IMG/VR virus record: IMGVR_UViG_3300033463_000088
Coordinates: 11,081-75,080 of that record
Reading direction: 5' to 3' (one strand)
DNA: 64,000 nt
From: a virus
Taxonomy: Duplodnaviria; Caudoviricetes
The notes below the pieces were generated by a model. That model was given only the letters and a program-made list of their open reading frames with translations, searched no databases and had not been told where the DNA came from. Position 1 is the stretch's first letter. Every line of letters starts with the position of its first letter. Below are positions 18,268-28,535 of this stretch, piece after piece. Made by a program: the position numbers and the translations under genes.

Positions 18268-18735
18268 ATGGCGCTTCCTCAAAAACATATTAAAACAATA
18301 AACCTTCCAAAAACTGTTGAGGGACAAACAGTTGAAGACCAATATGAAGTCGTCCCAGAGATGTTAACAAAGAATGGCTACGCTGCTGAGCTTCCTACTT
18401 TAACAGGAAACTCTACTTTAGTCATTACTTCTGACCTTGTTAATATCGAAAAAACTCCTTTAATTAGCGGAACTGCCTCCTCCAATGTTTCTTTAGACTC
18501 TCATAAAGTCTATGACTTTGGAACACTTAATCAAGCCATGACTATTACATTAACAGCAGGTCCTGCTGGTTATTGCGCGGAATATTATTTTAGATTTACT
18601 GCAGGCGCAAACGCAGCCATTACCCTTCCAAATGCCTGTGTTTATGGAGCAGGACAAGCTCCAACTCTTACTACAGGTCATACTTACGAATATAGCATTG
18701 TTGATAATTTAGTCGTAGTCGGCGAATTCTTCTAA
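18268..18735 (+). CDS. Putative virion-associated protein
   Basis: 155-aa ORF with AGGAG SD and a beta-rich C-terminus ending in Phe; first gene of the inverted cassette. Confidence 0.65.
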   Translation: MALPQKHIKTINLPKTVEGQTVEDQYEVVPEMLTKNGYAAELPTLTGNSTLVITSDLVNIEKTPLISGTASSNVSLDSHKVYDFGTLNQAMTITLTAGPAGYCAEYYFRFTAGANAAITLPNACVYGAGQAPTLTTGHTYEYSIVDNLVVVGEFF

Positions 18736-18736
18736 T

Positions 18737-21700
18737 ATGAATCTAATCAGACGTCAATTATTAAAATTAATGCCAGTGGGTCATACCCTTGAAATCATTG
18801 CTGACAGTAGTTATGTTGGCAAGGTTTTTTATTGCACTTGTAAATATGATGGTCGAGTAGTTTCTGGTTCATGGATTATTTCATATGGCGACCAATTCGC
18901 GTCTATTAATGAAAATGGTAAAGTTACTATTTATGAAGACGTTCTTGGTGAAGATATTGAAATCACCTGTACTTATGAAGATTCTATTGCCGTTGTTGAA
19001 ATTAATATTTCTTATGATAACCAATTAACTATTGAATGTGCCGACACAATTACAGGCACTTCTGGTAATGCTTTTGCAAGATATAATTCTACTGTTGTTA
19101 CTCCTACTTGGTCTATTACTTCTGGTGGTGCTTATGCTTCTATTGATGCTACAGGCGCTATCACAATTACTGATTCAGGCCAAATAACTTTACAGGCTGT
19201 GTATACAACATATACTACTACTAAAACTATTAATGTTGTATACGACGCCGGAACTACTACTGAAACAACACTTGGTGATGATGGCTCAGTTACTACAGAA
19301 ACAACTACTACAACAACTGATCCTGAAACCGGAGCTGTTACAGAAACAACTACTTCCCAAACAACAAATGAAGATGGCTCTACAAGTTCTACTTCTATTG
19401 AAACAACTACTAATGAAGATGGTTCGAGTTCAACTACTTCTACTACTACAAATTCTGATGGTTCAAGTAGTGAAACAACTTCTACTACCTCTGCTCCAGA
19501 CCCAGAAACAGGTGCTGTCACAACCGAAACTAGCACTTCTACAACAAATGCTGACGGAACAAGTAGTGAAACAACTGCAACCATAGTTGAAAATGAAGAT
19601 GGTTCAAGTGAGTCAAGTTCCGAAACTATTCACTATGATGAGAACGGCGACGTCGCAGGTTCCACCGAAAATACAACTACTGTTAATACAGATGGTTCCA
19701 GCACAAGTCAAACAAACAACTACGATGAAAACGGCGATCCGACATCAACAACAAATAATGATGTTGACGCATCTGGTAATAGTTCAACACAAGAAATTGA
19801 ATATGATGATAATGGTGATCCTGTTGTCACCGAATATACTATCGATACTTCAGGCGGCAGCGGTGATGGTAAAGAGATTGAAGATGGTATCAATACTGAA
19901 TACTATGCCTTCGACACAACTAGAGGCTTTATTTTAGACATTGACTTTGTTATTGACTTTGCTCATCAACCAGCAAACCAAAACGAAAATCACCATAATA
20001 TTTTAACTGCAAAAAGAGCAAGCCCATCTCCTTGGTATGGCTTCCAAATTAGACAATCTGGCACCAATAAATACGTCCAATTAGGTACACAATTTGCAAC
20101 AGGTAACAATACTAATACTACAATTAGCCCAATTGGTATGACTAATAATATTGCTGAATATATTTTACAAATTACTTATGATCCAACTCTTGCTTCAAAT
20201 AATTTTATTTGTCGAGATTTAAAATCAGGCAATATTGTTTTTAGCGCAAGTAATAAATTCCCGGACATTGAAGCTCTTAAATACTTAAAAGTCTGCTTAG
20301 GCTACGCGATGGATGAAAATGGTGATCCGTATAGATATTCTAATATCGCTGTTAAAAACTTCTCCCTTGTTAAGTTATCTAATGTTCTCTCACCAAGTAT
20401 TAGTAGTAATGGTCGTTATATTATTATTACTACAAATGAAACAGGTGCTACAACATATTATAGATTAAATCAATCTGGCAGTTTCCAAGAATATACTGGA
20501 CAAATTGCTATGGTTAATGATACTACTGTTGAAGCTTATTCTATGTTAGATGGCTTCACAAGTGTAACTGTCTCAGAATATTGCACTTATACTGGTCTTA
20601 AAAAACCAACTATTTCTTGTGATGGCCAGCTAGTCACTATTACTTGTGATACAGTTGGCGCATCTATTCATTATAGACTAAATCAAACTGGTGAATATAT
20701 TGTTTATAATGCTCCAATTACTATCTTTGAAGATACTATTGTTCAAGCTTATTCTGAATTAGGCGGCGACACAAGTGAAACAGTTAGAGTAGTTTGTGTT
20801 TATGATGATGCTCATAACTACGCGGAAGATTATTTAACATTTAAGATTACTTCTAACGGAACTGTTGTCTGGAAGTCTATTGGCTCAGGTATGGCTAAAA
20901 CTATTCAATATAGTTTAAATGATGGCGCTTGAACCGATTTAGCTGCAACTGGTGGTGGTGCAACTATTACAGTTTATACAGGTGATGAAATTAGATTTAA
21001 GGGCTCAAATACTGCTTATGCGAAAGATAAGTCTAACTATTCTGGTTTTACTGGTGGCACTGCTACTTTTGACATTGAAGGTAATATCATGAGTTTAATT
21101 CATGGTGATAATTTCAGTGGCGAAACAGCTTTAACTGCTACCTATGCATTCTGCTCTATATTTAAACAAGCGGCAGTTGTTAATGCTGAAAACTTAATTT
21201 TACCTGCAACTACATTGACTAATTACTGCTACAGAGCTATGTTTAGTAAATGTCCTAACTTAGTAGTTGCTCCGGCTCTTCCAGCTACTACATTAACAAC
21301 AGGTGTTTATTGGTATATGTTTGAAGAATGCCCAATTACAACTGCCCCTGTTCTTAATGCAACTACATTAACAACTGAATGTTATGGTCATATGTTTACT
21401 GGTTGCGGAAGCTTAAATTATATTAAATGTTTAGCAACAAGTATTAGTGCAAGTAAAGCTTTAGAAGGTTGGGTTACTAGTGTTGCCGGTGTCGGTACAT
21501 TTGTCAAAGCTGATGGTATTGCTTGGTCTACTGGTGTTGCAGGCATTCCTTCTGGATGGACCACTTATGTTAATGGTCAAGAGCCAGAGCCAGAAGAGCA
21601 AGATGACGTCTGGAGAATTGGGGGTCAATCAGTTACATTACCTTATTCATTAAATGCTATTGACGGCCACTCATCTGGCTATGCTAAGGGAACTTATAAC

Positions 21701-23524
21701 TTTGTTGTAACTACTACCTTAGATGCTGTTCAACCAACTTATTTACAATTTGAACATGCTGACCAATCTGCTGAAATCTATGTTAATAACTCCTTAGTTA
21801 CTACACACTGGGGCGGTTATAACTCATTCACAGTAGATATTACTAATTATATTCATTTAGGGTCAAATAAAATTCAAGTTTCTATTTGTAATACAACAAG
21901 AAATACTCTCGCCCCTTGCGCTGGTGACTTTAACTTTAACGCAACTCTCGGCGATGTCTATTTAGTCTCAGGTGCTATTTTACCTGATACTATTTACGGC
22001 TATGATGGCTTCTGGATTAGCTCAGTTGTTTCTGATGCTGCCGCAGCTGTTACTGTTAAAACTACTGTTGCAAGTGAAGCCACTGTTGTATTGACTGTCT
22101 CAGACGGAACTTATACATATACTGATAGTCAAACAGATACTGGAGATATTACATTTAACTTTACTGTTAATAACCCGCATCTCTGGAACGGAAAATCTGA
22201 CCCATATTTATATGATTTCACCTTAGAAATTTATGATGGCCAAGATTTATGTTTCACTTCTACAAGACCTTATGGCTTCAGATATTATAGTTATGTATTT
22301 AATAATACTTCTGTTATTCCAGGAGAAACATATACTGGCTTCTTACTTAACGGCGCGCCATATTTATTAAGGGGCGTTTGCATGCACCAAGACTTGGAAT
22401 ATAAAGCAAATGCTCTTACTTCTGCTGATATTGCCCATGACTTTGAAATTATTCAAGATTTAGGCTGTAATTTTATCCGAACTGCCCACTATCCGCATCC
22501 AAGAGAATTCTATGACTGATGTGATGAATTAGGCATTGTCGTTCAAACAGAAACTCCTTGGGTCAATAAAGCTCAATCTACTTACCCAACTGATTATTAT
22601 GACCACTTAGGTAGTCAAGTTAGAGACATGGTTACTCAACATTATAACCACCCATCTATTATTTTCTGGGGTTTAGCAAACGAAATTACAACTGATGATA
22701 AAACCTTCGCAAAAACAAAAATTGAAGGATATAAAGCTATTATTAATACTTATGACACTTCAAGATATGTCGGCTATGTCGTCAGCCATAGCTATCCAAA
22801 CGGCTTAGGCACATTCAATGACCCAGATGTTGACTATATTGGTCAAAACTTATATGTTGGTTGGTATATTGATACAAATACTAATAACCCATCTTCAAGA
22901 ATTAATACTTGTTTAGGTTATGCTAATAATCATAATAAACCAATGGCTTTATCTGAATACGGCTGCGGTGGAACTCAACGTTGCCACTCTGTAGACTTTA
23001 TGACAACTACTACAAGGGGCAACAATCCAAGACACGATATTGAATATAATATGTGATTACATGAAGGTCATATCGCGGCTATTAAGAATTATCCGCAACT
23101 TATCTATACATCACAATGGGTTTTATTTGATTTCGCGGTCACAAGTAGACAAGAAGGTTATACAATTTGTTTAGATGGTGAAAATACTTCTACAAATGAG
23201 GACTTAAAGAGACTAAATAATAAAGGTCTTGTTGAAAGAGATCACGTCACTAAGAAAGATACATATTATTTATATAAAGCTTGGTGAAACCCAACAAGTA
23301 AGTTCGTTCATATCTGTGGCAAAGAGTTTACACTTATTACTAGTAGACAAGTTAAATGTTATACTAATGATGGTGATACATTAGACCTCTATATTAATAA
23401 CACTTTAACTGAGACCGCTGCTGTCTCTGATAACATTGCAATATTTACAGCAAGAACATTCTCGTCTGGCGACGTTATTAAGGTCCAAGGCGCGACGGTT
23501 TACGACACTTGAACAATTGCTTAG
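18737..23524 (+). CDS. 1595-aa multidomain protein: Ig-like, Thr/Ser/Asp-rich repeat, lectin-like, Fn3-associated repeats, LRR and GH2 beta-glycosidase
   Basis: Track ORFs 18737, 21089 and 22628 share a frame and are joined only by TGA (20930, 22517, 23054, 23285, 23510); the stop is TAG 23522-24. GH2 motifs: RTAHYP, FYD[W]CDELG, NHPSIIFWGLANE, SEYG, YKAW[W]N. Confidence 0.9.
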
Positions 23525-23531
23525 ATAAAAT

Positions 23532-23559
23532 AAAAAGAGCTCAAATCGAGCTCTTTTTT
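23532..23559. terminator. Bidirectional intrinsic terminator between convergent genes
   Basis: AAAAAGAGCTC-AAATC-GAGCTCTTTTT. Confidence 0.85.
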
Positions 23560-23576
23560 AATACTTTTTATTTTAA

Positions 23577-24509
23577 TTAGGAAACAGTAACTGTTTCAGT
23601 TTTTTCTGTCTTTGTGAGTGTGACATCACCAGATGCAGAACCAGTTGAACTAATTGTAGCTTCAGTTCCTGAGAAGGTTGGTTGTGTAGAAGAAGCACTT
23701 GTAATTCCTGTAACAACTGTTGTGCTATCATATGTTGGAAGAGTAACAGAAGTTGGAGTATTAGCTTGGAAAGTATCAGCACCATGTGTAGCAGCTGTGA
23801 AACTATCAGAACCTTGTGTAAAGGAACCTTGTGTAAAGCTAATTGTTAAGACTTCACCGCTAACACTTGTTGTTAATGTTGGGGCAACAAATTGGTCTGT
23901 ACCTTGTGTAAATGAACCGCCACTAAATGTTCCGCTTGTAAATGATGCGGCAGAACCAGCACTAACAGAACCATCAGTTAATTTAGTTGGAATAGAGCTT
24001 GTTGCTGGAGTAACTGTAATTGTTGGAGTAGAAACTGTGCCAGCAGGAGTATAAGTAGCAGAAGCAGAAACAGAACCATTTGAGAATGATGCACTATCAG
24101 CAGTTGTAAATGAAACTGAACCCGAAGCACTACTCTTATATGCTAATGAACCAAGTCCTTCAAAACTAACCTCAGTATCACCTAATTTTTCCCAAACATA
24201 ACTTGGAGTAGAAGTATCACTAACATCAACTGTAACATATTCAGCATAAATTGTTTTATTATTAACTGTATGAGGAACTAAATAAATTTTACCTTGTGTA
24301 CCTGACGCAGCAACTAATGAACCAACAATATCACTTGTGCCATCATTCCAAGTAACACCATAAGGCGTTTTATTTGCAGCAGTTGATTTAACAAAAGCCA
24401 ATGTTCCAGCAGATAATTGGCTAATTAAACCTCTGGCTTCTAAGTCTTTTAAATCATAAGTATTACCATCTGGTAAAGTAATTTGTGAAATATAAACTTT
24501 GTCTGACAT
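23577..24509 (-). CDS. Putative fibre/virion protein, Ser/Thr/Gly-rich repeats
   Basis: N-terminal ISQITLPDGNTYDLKD; FTQGTD/FTQGSD and TPAGTVS repeats. Confidence 0.7.
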   Translation of the reverse strand: MSDKVYISQITLPDGNTYDLKDLEARGLISQLSAGTLAFVKSTAANKTPYGVTWNDGTSDIVGSLVAASGTQGKIYLVPHTVNNKTIYAEYVTVDVSDTSTPSYVWEKLGDTEVSFEGLGSLAYKSSASGSVSFTTADSASFSNGSVSASATYTPAGTVSTPTITVTPATSSIPTKLTDGSVSAGSAASFTSGTFSGGSFTQGTDQFVAPTLTTSVSGEVLTISFTQGSFTQGSDSFTAATHGADTFQANTPTSVTLPTYDSTTVVTGITSASSTQPTFSGTEATISSTGSASGDVTLTKTEKTETVTVS

Positions 24510-24523
24510 AATTTTTTCCTCTT

Positions 24524-25012
24524 CTACTTAGTTAGTTTTAAGTTATAAGTTCCATCTGGAAGAACTTCAACTTCCGCAGAAACTTTATTGTTCCATTTTG
24601 TTCTATCAGATGAACTGACATGAGCAGAAGTATCTGTTATATGATTTTGTAGTTCATCTTCTAAATATTGAACTGAAGAACCTTGGAATAAAATTTGTTT
24701 TGTTGTAAATTCTCCAGTATTTTTATTTATATTTAACTCTGTCATATTACAACTTTGGCCTGCGCCAGTAGTTGTTGAGTTAATATACTTATAATTATCG
24801 CCTTCAATTCTTGCTAATCTATAGAATTTTCCATCTAAATATACAACAGAATTATTAGTGGCGAATAGTTTTTCTAGGTCTTCCTCTGGAATTTGACCAG
24901 AGACATCCTCAATGTCAATAACAACATCTTTTGGCTTGCCCCCTTCAGAAGAAGCAATCTTGCCATCAGCATAGCCGCGGGCTAAGATATAAGTGGTCAT
25001 ATCTATTGCCAT
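24524..25012 (-). CDS. Hypothetical virion-region protein
   Basis: 162-aa ORF with SD. Confidence 0.65.
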   Translation of the reverse strand: MAIDMTTYILARGYADGKIASSEGGKPKDVVIDIEDVSGQIPEEDLEKLFATNNSVVYLDGKFYRLARIEGDNYKYINSTTTGAGQSCNMTELNINKNTGEFTTKQILFQGSSVQYLEDELQNHITDTSAHVSSSDRTKWNNKVSAEVEVLPDGTYNLKLTK

Positions 25013-25028
25013 ACTATATCCTCCCTAA

Positions 25029-25223
25029 CTACATGATTCCAAGTTGAATTTTTGTGATGTTTAACCATCTATCATTTTCTTCATCGTACATCCAGAGCAT
25101 TGCAGTATCCATCTCTAAGAAGGTTGAGCCATTACCAAGTAATCTGTAATCTTTCTTTAATGGCTTTTTGTCAGTGCTAAGGCCACGGAGTTCGATGCAG
25201 CGTTCATTTACAGGACTAATCAT
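25029..25223 (-). CDS. Small phage protein (GLSTDxKP...NGSxFxEMDT type)
   Basis: 64-aa ORF with GGAGG SD; a motif of the kind seen in Bacillota phage tail regions. Confidence 0.65.
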   Translation of the reverse strand: MISPVNERCIELRGLSTDKKPLKKDYRLLGNGSTFLEMDTAMLWMYDEENDRWLNITKIQLGIM

Positions 25224-25238
25224 ATCTGCTCGCCCTCC

Positions 25239-25496
25239 TTACCTTGCCGCCTGAGCATTCCAAGCTCTTATCTCTGCTTGGAGGTCAGGGTCTTCTAGAG
25301 ATCTACCAGAGGCAACAGCCATATACATTTTGTTATAGAAAAGAACAGCGGCATTTGATGGGTTATTATAAATCTGATTCCAGAGTTTAGTTAACTCATC
25401 TGCATGCTTTGCTGCATTACTATACATTTGATTTCATTCTTCTTGTGTATAGTTCTTTGCTATTTGATCACGTCTAAATTCTTGACCTTCTGCCAT
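25239..25496 (-). CDS. Hypothetical protein (85 aa), TGA(Trp) at codon 21
   Basis: MAEGQEFRRDQIAKNYTQEE[W]NQMYSN... extends the track ORF. The late motif lies 20 nt upstream (25517-25526). Confidence 0.65.
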
Positions 25497-25540
25497 CTGA
25501 TTACAACTTTCTCAAATAATTTAGCAAATATTTATCTGTC

Positions 25541-26479
25541 TTATATATTACATTTAACTATGTTAAAGTCTTTTAATTGGTCTTTAATTTGGTCTTCATA
25601 GTCTGAATTTATAAGTAAAAACTTTGCTCCCTTAAGACCTGAGCCAACAAGCTTCTCACCATAAACGCCATCTATTTCACAAATATGATATTCTTCTTCA
25701 AAAATATTTACTTTTAAATTAAGCATACTTTGGGTTAAGCATGCGCCCATATAAGTCTCAGTTAGACCATCTTCATTTGCCCATCAGCTTGCACAATCTA
25801 CAATACACTCTTCAAAGTGAATAAACTGACTAATTAAAGTATTTGGCTTTGCTTCTTTAATTCTTGTAACATTATCTAAAAACTTTCTGTCAGCTGAGTG
25901 ATTATGTTGTTCATTATAAATTAATAAACCAGAATAATGTTTATCATCTAATTTAATATCAGCACCTAAATCACAAGTGCTTGTATCAATTTTCCAGATA
26001 CCTGGTTCATGTAAAATAGCTTTAAAATCCATTCTGCCGCAAGGAATTTGTAAATAATTATGTTCTACCCAATAGCCAAATTTTACTATTAAATTATCAC
26101 TTAACTCTAAATTATTCCAATAACAAATAGTTTTTAAAATGGAGATAATAAAAGCAGCTGATGATGAAACACCTAAGCCACTTGGTAAATCATTAGAAAT
26201 AGTAATATCACAGCCAGTATTTAATTTTAAGTTATTTCTTGCAAAGACATTAATACAGCCATCAACATAATCAGTCCAAGTATAACTTCTTTTTGACTGC
26301 GGTTGAAGGTTTACTTCATAATATGAAAATTCTTTGGAAGTAATAGAAAGTTTTTTATCTTCTCTTTTATTACTTTCAGCTATAATATATTTATCTATTG
26401 TAGAAGTAAGAACTGGTTCATTAATACAATCAAGGTAAGCACCAGCTCAATTAATACGATATGGAACTTTAATTTGCAT
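25541..26479 (-). CDS. GHMP-family kinase, galactokinase-like (312 aa), 2 TGA
   Basis: PYRIN[W]AGAYLD (compare P.RVNLIGEHTD), LPSGLGVSSSAA, PCGRMD and GVYGEKLVGSGLKG. Joins track ORFs 25784 and 25541. Confidence 0.85.
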
Positions 26480-26485
26480 ATATTT

Positions 26486-26494
26486 ATTATACAA
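26486..26494 (-). promoter_or_regulatory. Sigma-A-type -10 element upstream of the GHMP kinase
   Basis: TTGTATAAT 6 nt before ATG 26479 with no room for an SD, so possibly a leaderless mRNA. Confidence 0.5.
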
Positions 26495-26503
26495 TAAATA
26501 AAG

Positions 26504-26524
26504 AAAAACTCCAAATTAGGAGTT
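26504..26524 (-). terminator. Intrinsic terminator
   Basis: AACTCC-TAATTT-GGAGTT followed by a T-tract, at the P-loop kinase stop. Confidence 0.6.
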
Positions 26525-26960
26525 ATTCTTTAAGACTGCCATCAGCATTTATTATATCTGAGACATACTGTCCAGATTCTAAATAAATTTTTTGACAATC
26601 TACTTGATTAAGAGCTTCCATTTCAGTATCAAAAATTTGACTATACTCAGTAGCTCAGGTGCTATTTTGGTCTCGTTCAGAGAGTCTATTAATAATCTCA
26701 TCTTTTATTTCTGGTTTTGGCATAATAATGCAATCTACAGGAATCTTAAATCTAACTAAAGCATTTGTAGCTCTGAAATTATTAATCATAATATTATAAC
26801 CATGCGCCTTATAATACAAAACTATTCGACTAAAGATGGTTTCAGCAAAAGGTCCTGGAAAATATTCAGCTAATGCCCAGTCCAAATCTACTCAATTTAA
26901 ATGTGTTTTACAGAAATCTGTTTTACCTGTACCAGATGTTGCGACATAAATTTTTGACAT
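26523..26960 (-). CDS. Small P-loop kinase (nucleoside/nucleotide kinase-like, 145 aa), 2 TGA
   Basis: MSKIYVATSGTGKTDFCKTHLN[W]VDLD...RLSERD; N-terminal Walker A; stop TAA 26523. Confidence 0.75.
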
Positions 26961-26964
26961 AATA

Positions 26965-28494
26965 TTATTCTCCTACTTTGCTTTCTAAAACAGCTAATCT
27001 TGTTTCAAGATCTTCAATTTTTTTCTTTTGGTCTTTTAATGCAAGAAGAGCAACATAAGCTAACTTAGCATCTCAAACACCTAATTTATGCTCTACTTCT
27101 CCAGTTTCTTGGTTTGGTATTTCAGCATCTCTAATTAATGCATTACGATATCTTTCTGGTAAAGCTGCTTCTAAATCTTGTGCAATAACACCAATACCTA
27201 TATTATGGTCTTCATCTGCCTTAAAACTAAACTCTACAATCTCTAACTTATCTAATAGACTATTAGTATCTAAAGTTGTAGGAGCAATATTTTCTTTAAG
27301 GCTTCTATCAGATGACATAGCATAGTATGAATTTCAGTTATTACTGTTAAACCAGGCTTCAGAGTGCGGACCACTTGCATTCTGATAAAGCGTTCCAGTA
27401 ACAAATACATCACCTCTAATAACTACACCTGTATCATCAAAAGCATCTATAAATCTAGAGGCAACACAGCCATTTGGATAGAAGCATCAACCATAATAGT
27501 TTGCGGTATCTGCAGGATGTACTGAAGTTTGGGTACCAGGAATAAGAAGAATTGGAGCAGTCATACAAACTGGATTGCCATTTTTTGGCTGAATACCTAA
27601 GTCATTTGCAGACTCTCATAATGAACTTCCACTACTAGAAGAACCTGTAGCATCATCACGTCATGCTGGATTACCATCAGCATCAGTTTTTCAAACTTTA
27701 TATGCAGCAGATGCACCTGGCGCAGAGACATAGCCAGCTTGTGTGACTGTATTTGCATTTCAGGTATTATTGTCTGTAGAACTAATTGTTATTTCACCAT
27801 CAGCAGATTTTGTTACAGTTGTGCTACCTCCACCCTTAATACTTAAAGTAGAATTACCACTTTGATTAGCTGTAAATGAAACAGCGTCAGTAGTGCCAGC
27901 TTGAATTTTAAATGTACCATTATTAACTGTATAAGTAGAATTTTCCCATGGAACACTAACATATGCTTTACTATTTGAGTCTAATTGAACAGCATATTTT
28001 TTCGATTCACCTTCTGGTAATGTATAACCGAGTTTAATACCACCAAGTGCACTGTCGGTAGCAGCTGATAAAGAATAAGCATTTGCACTTTCTGCAATTC
28101 CGTCTAATTTTGTTTTATCAGCAGCAGACATTAGACCCGCAGCAGACTGTGTAGCATTGTTATAAGTGGTATCACTATCAGAAGGAAGAGTAATAGTTTT
28201 TGTAGAAGCAGCTGTTACACGTCCTTTAGCATCAACTGTAATATAAGGGACACTAAATGTTCCTTCATGACCTGGGCTAGCATCAGATGATGGACCATAA
28301 CTATCAGCGCCAACGCCAGAATCAGCTAATCTACTAGCATTTAAAGTTCCAGATGAAATATTACTAGCATTTAAGCCTGTTAAACCAGAGCCATTACCTA
28401 AAAGTGTTCCGCCAACAGTTAAATTACCAGATATATTTTCATCATCTGTTACTCTTAATTTACCACGAACTATTGTACTATTTAAATCAGCCAT
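26965..28494 (-). CDS. Tail fibre/spike with C-terminal S74 intramolecular chaperone (509 aa), 7 TGA
   Basis: Track ORFs 27760 and 27073 join through TGA. SDRSLKENI cleavage motif, GVIAQDL and a terminal coiled coil (KKKIEDLETRLAVLE). Confidence 0.88.
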
Positions 28495-28535
28495 AAAAGT
28501 TCTCCTAACATATTATACATTTTTTAATTTTTTTC

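Noticed and set aside
19132-19937. Track ORFs 19132-19584 (-), 19233-19586 and 19587-19937 (+)
   Set aside because: Antisense or alternate-frame shadows of the Thr/Ser-rich repeat inside the 1595-aa gene.
23573-24054. Track ORFs 23614-24054 (+) and 23573-23785 (-)
   Set aside because: Shadows of the low-complexity fibre gene 23577-24509.
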